From positions 42,470,001 to 42,534,000 of the forward strand of contig OZ024747.1 in assembly GCA_964016885.1 (NCBI GenBank): 64,000 nt of DNA. The letters are read 5' to 3'. The position numbers were made by a program, and so were the translations under genes. Position 1 is the first letter of the stretch; the number at the start of each line of letters is the position of its first letter. Under the pieces are notes generated by a model. The model searched no databases. It was not told the DNA's origin and worked only from the letters and a program-made list of their open reading frames with translations. Below are positions 51,420 to 64,000 of the stretch, piece after piece. The stretch comes from Eledone cirrhosa. Taxonomy: Eukaryota.

Positions 51420-51490
51420 TATATATTTTATCTGATGAAAACGTACTGAAACACCATTGTACCTTTGAAATATGTATAATAAAATATATA
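51420..51490 (+). ncRNA. Minimal type I hammerhead ribozyme (right copy of an inverted pair)
   Basis: 12-bp stem I; CUGAUGA at 51432; stem II AAACGUAC/GUACCUUU (one mismatch); GAAA at 51467; UAUGUA; UA. Same family as the 11446 and 13663 motifs. Confidence 0.78.
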
Positions 51491-51539
51491 CTTTGGTTAT
51501 GATATTTCTCATTTATTAATATTTTGAATAATATTATAT

Positions 51540-53392
<1,853 letters not shown>

Positions 53393-54109
53393 ATGAAAAG
53401 TTTATAGTTTATGTTAATATAACAGGTAATACAAGGAAGATAGAAATGGTTTTATAAGATATTAGATTTAGAACTGTTAAAATAGTTCACCAAGTATTGA
53501 GTAGTCACCAAATACATTAGTGTTTTCCACAAGTTTACAGTTGACACAGCTCCTTGAATAGTATCTGTGTAGCCCCCACCACATTGGTGGTACTTTATAT
53601 CAACCGATAAGTGTTCAAAAGACATAACAATCACTATTTTGGAATATTTCGCTAGAAATACTGAGCACAGTAAATGTTTCATTTATTTTTTTTGTTTTCT
53701 TTCTCCAAATAATCTTTAACAGGTTTTCTACAAAAATATAAGGGGAAACAAATTGTTTGATTTGTTAGTTTTTGGTGGGAAAGAATGAGAATATTTTTGG
53801 TCAGCAACTTGTAGCATCAAACAGAAGTTTTGGAAGGGAAGACAAAAAAAAAAAAAAAAAAGGAAATAAAAAATGAATAAATATAAAAATAAATTAAAAA
53901 ACTAAAAAAAAAAAAATGTAAAGGAATATTTTTTTTTTTTTTTCGCTAGCAATGCAACCTTAGCTAGAATTGATGTATCAACTGATCAGATGGGTTTTTG
54001 GTCATGAATTAAATACACAATTTTGGTTTCCTATGGACGAAACAAGTTGAGTTGCTCTTCCATTTGACTGATAACGATATCAAGTGGTATGTGCTCTTTC
54101 ATTGACATG

Positions 54110-54335
54110 CAGTCATCATCATCACTATCCTGCTCATCCTCTTTCTCATCATTCCCATGACCATTACTATTACCATCATCATCATTACCATCCTCCTCTC
54201 CATCATCATCATCCTCACTATCATCATCACCATCATTGTCATCATCACTATCACCATCCTCCACACTATCACCATCATCATTGTCATCATCACCATCATC
54301 ATTATCACCATCATCATTACCATCCTCCTCATCAG
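54110..54335. repeat. (ATC/ACC)n trinucleotide microsatellite in the syntrophin 3' UTR
   Basis: Degenerate CAT/CAC repeats ~70 nt downstream of the syntrophin stop. Confidence 0.9.
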
Positions 54336-54407
54336 TCATTGGAACAAGACAGTAAGACAGAACATTAGGTTATATTGGTTGATTACAGCAAAAATGTTTT
54401 CAAACTG

Positions 54408-54509
54408 TCAGAAATTGTGTAGAAAACCAGGATCTACTGACGCCAGCTTAGCTGAGAGAAACGCATGTATACAGAACAGCAAAGTCTGCAAATTGGTACA
54501 TTCTATTTC
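54408..54509 (-). CDS. SNTG1: Gamma-syntrophin, last coding exon (EIECTNLQTLLFCIHAFLSAKLASVDPGFLHNF*)
   Basis: Syntrophin-unique C-terminus (cf. LHCIHSFFAAKVACLDP); cctacag acceptor. Confidence 0.9.
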   Translation of the reverse strand, partial: EIECTNLQTLLFCIHAFLSAKLASVDPGFLHNF

Positions 54510-55548
54510 CTGTAGGTAAAGAAAGAATAGAAAAAAAAAAATGATTGATTTATATGTAAATTATATTGAATAGTTTGACTATTAGAACACTAACAAGAAA
54601 TATATTATTGAGTGAGAGACAACAATGGCAAGTGTCTTTAGCAGGGTTTCAATCACACAGTGTGGCCCTTTAGGAAAGTCTCCACTATAGCTTTGGATTG
54701 ACAAACTTTTGAGAATGCCTATCATGTGTGTATCATCATCATTTAACATCTGCTTTCCTTGCTAGCAAAGGTTGGGCACTATATATATACATATAAGGCA
54801 ATACAAGGAAGATAGAAATGATTTTATAAGATATTATCAGGGTTAGAACTGTTAAAATAGTTCACCAAGTATTAAGTATATAGTCACGAAATATATTAGT
54901 GTTTTCCACAAGTTTACAGTTGACACAACTCCTTAAATACATCACCAAATACTATCTGTGTAGCTCCCACCACATTGGTGCTACTTTATATCAACCGATA
55001 ATTGCTCAAGACATAATATGACAGTCAGACTTCATATCACTTGCATGCCAAAAATATAGTTTTCCCTTTTCATACATTTGTATACCTTAGTAGGTACATT
55101 ATGTAACACATACACTAGCAGAAAAGCAGCCGGAGGGTGGTGTATCTGCTATAATATAGTAAGAAATTTAACTCTGTCATGTATGTATGATTGACTGAAT
55201 TGATCCTAGTGTATTACTGGTATTCATTGAATGAAGCTCCCCCTCCCACTAAAGGATGAGTCAATGACAGTGCTTCTTTTGTTAGAAATCAATAATCAAA
55301 TACTTAAAATTATTTTATATATGTGGTCATTTTATACATGTAGTTATAATTAGTTATAATTAGTCATCCCATAATTAATTAGTCATCTCATACTTAATTA
55401 CATCATCTCATAATTAATTAGTCACTTCAAAATAAATTATACATCTCTTAATTAGTCATCCCATAATTAATTAGTAATCTAATAATTAATTTGTCATCCC
55501 ATAATTAATTAAGTCATCCCATAATTAATTAAGTCATCTTATACTTAC

Positions 55549-55659
55549 TCTTGTTTCAATCAACTTTGTGGAATCATTCTGGAATAATAGTTTTAACTTT
55601 GATTTGCCATCATCAGAAGAACCTTTCAGCTGAGAGAACCGGTATGTCCACATATAACT
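55549..55659 (-). CDS. SNTG1: Gamma-syntrophin exon (SYMWTYRFSQLKGSSDDGKSKLKLLFQNDSTKLIETR)
   Basis: W.Y.FSQLKGSSDDGKS motif diagnostic of gamma-syntrophins; 111 nt, phase 0-0. Confidence 0.95.
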
Positions 55660-57964
55660 CTGAAATATAATCAATATATCATTAATTATTTAACATTTGG
55701 GATTGATCTAAGAAGCATTGGGAAAAATTGGAAATTTAAAATGTGTACGTCCCAGTGGAAATGATCATAATAAGAGTCAATATCTATAACCAATGGTTGA
55801 GAAAATCAGGTAAAGTACCCCTGGAGCCAGACTACAATAATAGTTGATCTGAGAATTGAGAATCAACGCTTTTTTTTTTTTTTTTGCCCACTGATTAACT
55901 CACCTAACATCTGCGTTTAATTCATTGTAGACACTTTAGTCCACTTTTTTCTGGCATTCCTAATGCATTAGGACACACACATTTCAAATTTGTTTCTCTT
56001 GCATAAAATAAATACAACTAATCTGATATAAGTATATGCCATCCCTCACCAATGGTAGTTTTTATGGATTTAGTAGCAAAATGGATATTTTAAAAAAAAA
56101 AAATTAACCCTTTTATAGGTGGTAAATTGCCAGAATTGTTAGAGCACCACTTAGAATACTTCATGATATTCATTCCAACTCTGTGTTCAAATACCACAAA
56201 GGTCAACTTTGCCTTCCATTCCTAAGGAATCAATAAACAGTACTGGGTGTCACCCCCCTCTCTCACTGAAATAAATTAGCTGTAATCAAACTTGAAAAAA
56301 GATGGGATCTGCTAGGTTTAAAATGCTCAAGATGCACCTTATGTCTTGCCAGTGTCCCTATGTTTCCACTAGGGCTCAGGGAAGGAAAGTCTTTCAATTA
56401 AGTTGGAAAAAAAAAGAATTTGCAGGTATTTTGTAAAATAACTGTAATGAAAGGGACTTAAATGAAATTATGATGAAAAGTTTTAATTAAAATCAGAACC
56501 CATTAAAACAAGAACCTTTCTATTATAGACTGCGATGTGGTATCAAATGAAAATATAAAGTATTATATGAAATCAAATGAAAGTATTGAAAGAAAGCAAC
56601 ACTCGAAAAATTTAATTTAATCTAATGTTTTGATTAGAATATTTCTCATGAAATACACCATTTTAAAATTAATGAAGAATTTGAAGGGATTAACTGAATT
56701 TATTAATTATTTTATTATTACCATAGTATAACATAATTCAATTAAAAGGTCCTTATATGAAGTTATTTTGGAAGAGTTTAATTTAAATAGGAACTCTTTA
56801 AAATGAATGGTTTTGTTGTAAATATTAATTAGATTGATTGTTAATCAATCTAAATAATTGTTTCTACTTTAGGCACAAGGCCAGCAATTACCCAGTGCAT
56901 TACTGGTACTTTATTTTATTGACCCCGTAAGGATGAAAGGCAAAGTCAACCTCGGCGGGATTTGAACTCAGATCGTAAAGGGACGTAACTATGCTGGAAA
57001 GCATGGCGTCCGACTCTCTACCAATACTGCCAATCCACCGCTGTTAATCAATTTAAATAATGGAACATTTTTATTTTGGTTCATTGATCAATCAAAATTT
57101 TTTGTTTTTAAAGACCATATATTGAAATGTCCAATCTAAAGAATTTATGAAAATGTGAGAAAAGGAAAAACAAACATACACATACGCACGCACACAGACA
57201 CAAATATATACATACATATACGCACGCATACATGCACACACACGCACACACAAATATGTACATACATACAAGTTGACTTTGAGTTAAACAACAATGACAA
57301 CAAGCACACTTTTATGTGGTCATTTAACCCTTTAGCACCTAAACCGGCCATATCCAGCCAGAATTCTCTCACCTCTTTCTGTTCAAACCAACCATAACTG
57401 GCTGCTTTTACTTATGTTAAGGTATTGTTCTCAAAACAAATAATAGCAAAATCTCGTAGATTCGATATTGTGTGAAATAAAGTGTTTACCGTGAAAATAC
57501 ATTAGTAAATATAAAGTAATGTAAATGCTAAAGCTTTGAATTGCTAGAAACAGCAGTTAAAAACTCAAAAGAAGAACATGTGTCAGATAATCTAGTCAAG
57601 GATATATACACTTTCTGGGGTGAAGATCAGATGGTAATGGGTGAAACTCCTTTGATCATACTTGGTCAGAGCTGATCAGGTGCAAAACAACAACACCAAC
57701 AATACTAACAACACAAACAACAACACCACCAATACTAACAACAAGAACAACACCACCACCAATACTAACAACAACAACAACAACACCACCAATACTAACA
57801 ACAACAACACCACCAATACTAACAAAAACAAGAACAACATCAACATCACCAACAAGTCCTAACTTCAGTAATAAAGCAACTGTCCTAAAGTCTTAGTACT
57901 GTGACTGACCAGAAAGTCTACTACCACCACTACCACCACCACTACTACTAGTACTACTACTTAC

Positions 57965-58057
57965 CCGTGTTTCACTGTCATATAAGGAAAAACCAACATG
58001 TATGTCTAATGTTAATCCTGATAAACAACTTCTCCATGTACAGCCAAAGGTTTTACT
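57965..58057 (-). CDS. SNTG1: Gamma-syntrophin exon (SKTFGCTWRSCLSGLTLDIHVGFSLYDSETR)
   Basis: Aligns with KTYAC..GLTIDF..GF..FD; ttccag / gtaagt sites, 93 nt. Confidence 0.9.
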
Positions 58058-58079
58058 CTGGAAATAATTTAAATAAAGG

Positions 58080-58975
58080 TGAGAGAGAGAGAGAGTGGTG
58101 GGGGTGGGGGAGAGATAGCGAGAGAGAGGGAGGGAGTGGGAATATGTGTGTGTGAGGGAGAGATAGAGAAAGAGAGTGTGAGAGAGAGAGAAAGTGTGAG
58201 AGAGAGATAGAGAGAGTGGGAATGTGTGTGTGAGAGGGAGAGAGAGAGAGTGGGAATGTGTGTGCGAGAGAGAGAGAGAGAGTGTGTGAGAGGGAAAGAT
58301 AGAGAGAGTGTGTGAGAGAGGGAGAGAGAATGTGTGTGAGAGGGATAGAGAGTGAGAGGGAGAGTGTGTGAGAGGGAAAGAGAGAGAGAGGGAGAGAGAG
58401 TGTGTGTGAGAGGGAGAGATAGAGAGAGTGGGAATGTGTGTGAGAGGGAGAGATAGAGAGAGTGGGAATGTGTGTGAGAGGGAGAGATAGAGAGAGTGGG
58501 AATGTGTGTGAGAGGGAGAGATAGAGAGAGTGGGAATGTGTGTGAGAGGGAGAGATAGAGAGAGTGGGAATGTGTGTGAGAGGGAGAGATAGAGAGAGTG
58601 GGAATGTGTGAGAGAGAGAGAGAGAGAGAGAGTGTGTGAGAGAGGGAGAGATAGAGAGAGTGTGTGAGAGAGGGAGAGATAGAGAGAGTGTGTGAGAGAG
58701 GGAGAGATAGAGAGAGTGTGTGAGAGAGGGAGAGAGAGAGTGTGTGAGAGGGAGAGATAGAGAGTGTGTGAGAGGGAGAAATAGAGAGTGGGAATGTGTG
58801 TGAGAGGGAGAGAGAGAGTGTGTGAGAGGGAGAGATAGAGAGAGTGGGAATGTGTGTGAGAGGGAGAGATAGAGAGAGTGGGAATGTGTGAGGGAGAGAT
58901 AGAGAGAATGGGAATGTGTGAGGGAGTGATAGAGAGAGTGGGAATGTGTGTGTGAGAGAGATAGAGAGAGATAAT
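58080..58975. repeat. Purine-rich (GA/GT) minisatellite, ~32-bp unit
   Basis: gagagggagagatagagagagtgggaatgtgt repeated. Confidence 0.92.
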
Positions 58976-59349
58976 ATGAGGAAGAGGGAGAGAAACAATG
59001 TAGGGTGACAGTGGAAATAGAAGAATGTTTAATGTTACATATATTATGTATGTATTAACGGTTTAACATATCCATGCTTTATCTATTAGTTTCATAGACA
59101 TAAACAAATATGACTTAACTTTTCAGACACAGTATATTTAAATACCACATTTTGTGATGATTACTCATTTCATTCATTTATAAACACTTGTGTATGTGTG
59201 TGAATACATGTGTATTCATCATCGTTTAATGTCTATCTTCCACGCTAGCATGGTTTAGACAGGTTTGTCCCATTTGAGGCAAGTTGGGTCGGGTGACCGA
59301 GGACTGTTTCTGGCTGGTTTTCTATAGCTGGATGCCCTCCCTAACAGTG

Positions 59350-60430
59350 ACCACATTTACAGTGTGGGCTGGGTGCTTTTTGCAGTGTCACCTACACGAC
59401 CACTTTACAGTGTGGGCTGGGTGCTTTTTGTCGCAACACCTACACGACCACTTTACAGTGTGGGCTGGGTGCTTTTTGTTGCAACACCTACACGACCACT
59501 TTACAGTGTGGGCTGGGTGCTTTTTGTTGTGACACCTACACGACCACTTTACAGTGTGGGCTGGGTGCTTTTTGTTGTGACACCTACACGACCACTTTAC
59601 AGTGTGGGCTGGGTGCTTTTTGTTGCAACACTTACACGACCACTTTACAGTGTGGGCTGGGTGCTTTTTGTTGTGACACCTACACGACCACTTTGCATTG
59701 TGGGCTGGGTGCTTTTTGTTGCAACACTTACACGACCACTTTACAGTGTGGGCTGGGTGCTTTTTGTTGTGACACCTACACGACCACTTTACAGTGTGGG
59801 CTGGGTGCTTTTTGTTGTGACACCTACACAACCACTTTGCATTGTGGGCTGGGTGCTTTTTGTTGCAACACTTACACGACCACTTTACAGTGTGGGCTGG
59901 GTGCTTTTTGTTGCGACACCTACACGACCACTTTTCAGTGTGGACTGGGTGCTTTTTGTTGACACCTACACGACCACTTTACAGTGTGGGCTGGGTGCTT
60001 TTTGTTGCAACACCTACACGACCACTTTACAGTGTGGGCTGGGTGCTTTTTGTTACGACACCTACACGACCACTTTACAGTGTGGGCTGGGTGCTTTTTG
60101 CAGTGTCACCTACACGACCACTTTACAGTGTGGGCTGGGTGCTTTTTGTCGCAACACCTACACGACCACTTTACAGTGTGGACTGGGTGCTTTTTGTTGA
60201 CACCTACACGACCACTTTACAGTGTGGGCTGGGTGCTTTTTGTTGCAACACCTACACGACCACTTTACAGTGTGGGCTGGGTGCTTTTTGTTACGACACC
60301 TACACGACCACTTTACAGTGTGGGCTGGGTGCTTTTTGTTGCAACACTTACACGACCACTTTACAGTGTGGGCTGGGTGCTTTTTGTTGCAACACTTACA
60401 CGACCACTTTACAGTGTGGACTGGATGTTT
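59350..60430. repeat. 48-bp tandem repeat (~22 copies) expanded inside a dispersed repeat
   Basis: cactttacagtgtgggctgggtgctttttgttgcaacacctacacgac units; the same unit occurs 1-3 times at ~4510-4630, 6195-6320, 22100-22220 and 34070. Confidence 0.95.
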
Positions 60431-60442
60431 TGTGGTACCAAC

Positions 60443-60478
<36 letters not shown>

Positions 60479-60706
60479 CCTATATATATATATAACCAGC
60501 ACTAGAGATGTCATATCTTTGACATAACTGAAAAGTATTTCCAGCCCTTAGTTTGGCAATTTTTCAACAGCCGGATGCCTTCCTGCATGAGTGTAAGCAT
60601 GTGTGTGTCAATGTACTCATGCATAGTGTATGAACATTATCATCTGTGTGAGTGTGTGTGTGTGAGACACAACATTACTAATATTAGAATAAGGTCTGAT
60701 GATCAC

Positions 60707-60859
60707 CTTTAGTAGGCTCACTGCATGATGATTGGTCCGATACCAGGCTTTCTCTAATTGTAACACATCAGAACGACTCTCCAAACTCAGATAAATGCTA
60801 CTACCACTTCCTGTCTGGATAATAAAGCAATGCTGGCGGTCATCAGTTAACTCTGTGTC
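60707..60859 (-). CDS. SNTG1: Gamma-syntrophin PH-domain exon (DTELTDDRQHCFIIQTGSGSSIYLSLESRSDVLQLEKAWYRTNHHAVSLLK)
   Basis: Aligns with DSDLLDRRKQCFTVQ..YFSVE..DL.QWERAF; 153 nt, phase 0-0. Confidence 0.9.
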
Positions 60860-61029
60860 CTGCAACAACAAAAAACAACAATTGTGACATAACCATTGAT
60901 GTCTAGTGACTTATAGTGGTGTAACCTAAATTATAGCAGTGTAAGCTAAATCATAGCAGTAAAGTAAATTAGCAGTGTGCATTAACTTATAGTGATGTTT
61001 CTTATAGAGGTGCTTCTTATAGTGGTGTC

Positions 61030-61420
61030 TCTTATAGTAGTGTTTCTTAATTTATAGTGGAGTCTCTTAACTTATAGTGGAGTCTCTTAACTTATAGTGG
61101 AGTCTCTTAACTTATAGTGGAGTCTCTTAACTTATAGTGGAGTCTCTTAACTTATAGTGGAGTCTCTTAACTTATAGTGGAGTCTCTTAACTTATAGTGG
61201 AGTCTTTTAACTTATAGTGGAGTCTTTTAACTTATAGTGGAGTCTCTTAACTTATAGTGAAGTTTCCTAACTTATAGTGGAGTCTTTTAACTTATAGTGG
61301 ATTCTTTAACATATAGTGGAGTCTTTTACCTTATAGTGGAGTCTTTTAACGTATAGTGGAGTCTCTTAACTTATAGTGAAGTTTCCTAACTTATAGTGGA
61401 GTCTCTTAATTTATAGTGGT
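61030..61420. repeat. 20-bp minisatellite (cttatagtggagtctcttaa)
   Basis: About 19 tandem units. Confidence 0.95.
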
Positions 61421-61996
61421 GTTTCTTATAGGGAGGTCACCTATAGTGATGTCTCTTATAGTAGTTTCTCTTAACTTATGGTGGTGTAAGAAAACTTATA
61501 TCATTGTCCATTAATTCTTTTGTTACTGGATTTCTAATGAAATATACAGCCTATGGGTTTCAATTTCATTTGAAAATAATCCAAAATTTGAAAGAAATTT
61601 TATAAACTAACCAACTTTTCATTTCAAAATAAAGGTGGTTTCAGGTGGGTTGGTATGAAAAGTTATAGTGATACCCTTTACCTGTAGCGATATATAGTGA
61701 TGCTTGTTTACTTATGGTAATGTCCAAATGTTCATTATCATAAAGATGATCAAGCTCAGTGTTTCCCAAAGTGAAAAAAATATATATATAATTTATTGTT
61801 TTTTTTTCTTAAATATATTTTCTTTCTAAAAAAACATATTTGTTCAAACTTAAGATTGTTAGGAATATCCATAAAATATAGTCATTGGTCCTGTGATTGT
61901 TTGTAAAAATTATGTAAGGATTATGTGAGAGTTCTGTGATGAAATAAGCTTGGGAAGTTCTGATTTAGACTAACATAAGATATATTTCTCACTAAC

Positions 61997-62068
61997 CTTG
62001 AGAATCTTAAACATTGATTCATAAACCTTGGACACACGATCACATTGATTCCAGTCTCGAAGATCAGC
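61997..62068 (-). CDS. SNTG1: Gamma-syntrophin exon (ADLRDWNQCDRVSKVYESMFKILK); upstream exons lie beyond the window
   Basis: Aligns with DW..AEKTFSVYEIMCKILK; tttcag / gttagt sites, 72 nt. Confidence 0.88.
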
Positions 62069-63322
62069 CTGAAATACAGCATAATAGCAGAGTTACATCA
62101 ACAAACAACTAGCAGACAATGATGGCCAGAAAAAATAAAGAAAACACAAATGGAAAAAGATTATTTATATTTTACCATATTATGTCTTACATTGGTTGAA
62201 TTGTTAAAGCATTTATTCTTGCATCTTACATGGTGTTCAAATCCTGTCATGGTCAACTTTGCTCTTCATCCTTCCAGGGTCAATAAAATAAAATACCAGT
62301 AAAAAACTGGGGTTGATATAATTGACTTTCTGCTCTCCCAAATTGCTGGCATTGTGCCAAAATTAGAAACCATTATTGTTTATATCTAATTTAGGATGAC
62401 AAATTAAGGCTACATCATGCATTAAATATATTATTATTGTATTGCTCTCATATGATTCTTTTCATATATGTAAGGTGGTCATGTTGGTATATAAGACAAA
62501 AAGCATTTGGTCCTCCTTCTAATGTTGGTGAAAATGTTAGGTGGGTGTGGGTGGTGGTAGAGTTGGTATTGGTGGTTGTGATGAGGCTGATCATGAAGGT
62601 ATTTATGTCTACATAAAAGTGTTATCTGCTATAAACAAAGAGATAAACCAATCAATAATTAATATTGGAAATTAATCTCTGTTCTATATACTTAAGGACT
62701 GCTTTCTTTTCATTATTTATTTTGGATTTCACTCGGCTCTAGTAGCCAATAAAGAAGTCATTATTTCTCATTCTTTCTCTACAAATATTATTTAACACCT
62801 ATTTTGAACACCTTGTTAAAAGGATTTACAAAGCTTTTAACTATTTTTATGAGAAAATAAAATTTTTTATGATGTAAACAACAACAAGTTTTATATCAAA
62901 ATTTTTATAACAAGAAAACTGATAAGAAACATAAAAGTTAATCACAAAACCTTCTCATTTAATTCAAGTAACAAGTTTAAAAAAAAACTAAAAACAAAAC
63001 AAAAAAAATGGTAATCTTATAAACAGGAATTTGTTGTTTCTTTTAGATTTTCATCTGTGTCTGTGTATAATAGGTGTGTGTGTATAATATATCTGTCTGT
63101 ATATAATATGCCTGTGCATAATATATCAGTGCATCTGTGTATATTATATATGTGTGTGTGTATACAATATGTCTCTTGTGTCTGTGTATAATATATCAGT
63201 GTGTCTATGTATAATATATGTGTGTGTCTGTGTATAATATGTGTGTGTGTCTGTGTATAATATATCACAAGAAACAAATGACTGCTAATCACGATTTTAC
63301 TAAAAGCAACAGTTTTTCGGAG

Positions 63323-64000
63323 CAGACAAATATATTACATTAGTAATACTGCTAGCAATATCTGTCAGACATATATATTACATTGGTAATACTGCTAGCA
63401 ATATCTGTCAGACAAATATATTACATTAGTAATACTGCTAGCAATATCTGTCAGACATATATATATTACATTAGTAATACTGCTAGCAATATCTGTCAGA
63501 CATATATATTACATTGGTAATACTGCTAGCAATATCTGTCAGACATATATATATTACATTAGTAATACTGCTAGCAATATCTGTCAGACATATATAATAC
63601 ATTGGTAATACTGCTAGCAATCTCTGTCAGACATATATATATTACATTAGTAATACTGCTAGCAATATCTGTCTGACATATATATATTACATTAGTAATA
63701 CTGCTAGCAATATCTGTCAGACATATATATTACATTAGTAATACTGCTAGCAATATCTGTCAGACACATATATATTACATTAGTAATACTGCTAGCAATA
63801 TCTGTCAGACATATATATATTACATTAGTAATACTGTTAGCAATATCTGTCAGACATATATACTACATTAGTAATACTGCTAGCAATATCTGTCAGACAT
63901 ATATATTACATTAGTAATACTGCTAGCAATATCTGTCAGACATATATATATTACATTGGTAATACTGCTAGCAATATCTGTCTGACATATATATATTACA
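63323..64000. repeat. ~42-44-bp minisatellite (atattacattagtaatactgctagcaatatctgtcagacat[at]n)
   Basis: About 15 units running off the window end. Confidence 0.95.

Noticed and set aside
54031-54519. Asp-rich, His-rich and Met-rich ORFs
   Set aside because: (ATC)n microsatellite in the syntrophin 3' UTR; the real coding exon ends at 54408.
58069-58998. 309-aa Ser/Leu/His/Thr-rich ORF
   Set aside because: Translation of a GA/GT minisatellite in a syntrophin intron.
59350-60430. CRISPR-like regular array and long repetitive ORFs
   Set aside because: Contiguous 48-bp units with no unique spacers, no cas genes and a eukaryotic intron context; the ORFs are repeat artefacts.

Overview
AT-rich, intron-rich animal genomic DNA full of microsatellites; the SINE families and (TA)/(TACA) arrays suggest an octopus or another cephalopod (inference). 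It holds three spliced host genes. (1) A complete clathrin light chain gene (+, 15343-36033, 207-aa core) with extra in-frame cassette exons: two 51-nt copies of the exon-1 3' end, and 39- and 27-nt (possibly also 6-nt) microexons at the position of the vertebrate neuron-specific inserts. (2) The last five coding exons of a gamma-syntrophin (-, 54408-62068). (3) An unidentified divergently transcribed gene (-, ~10018-14917) with phase-consistent exons. Mobile DNA includes a near-intact R4/Dong-like non-LTR element, RTE, CRE-like and Penelope-like remnants, tRNA-SINEs and MITEs. The most striking unannotated signal is a set of type I hammerhead ribozymes read directly from the sequence: six with an intact core, two with a U4A core and one with its CUGANGA box deleted. 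They are mostly in small non-coding elements inside microsatellites, and twice occur as back-to-back inverted pairs. Most short ORFs in the track are microsatellite artefacts.
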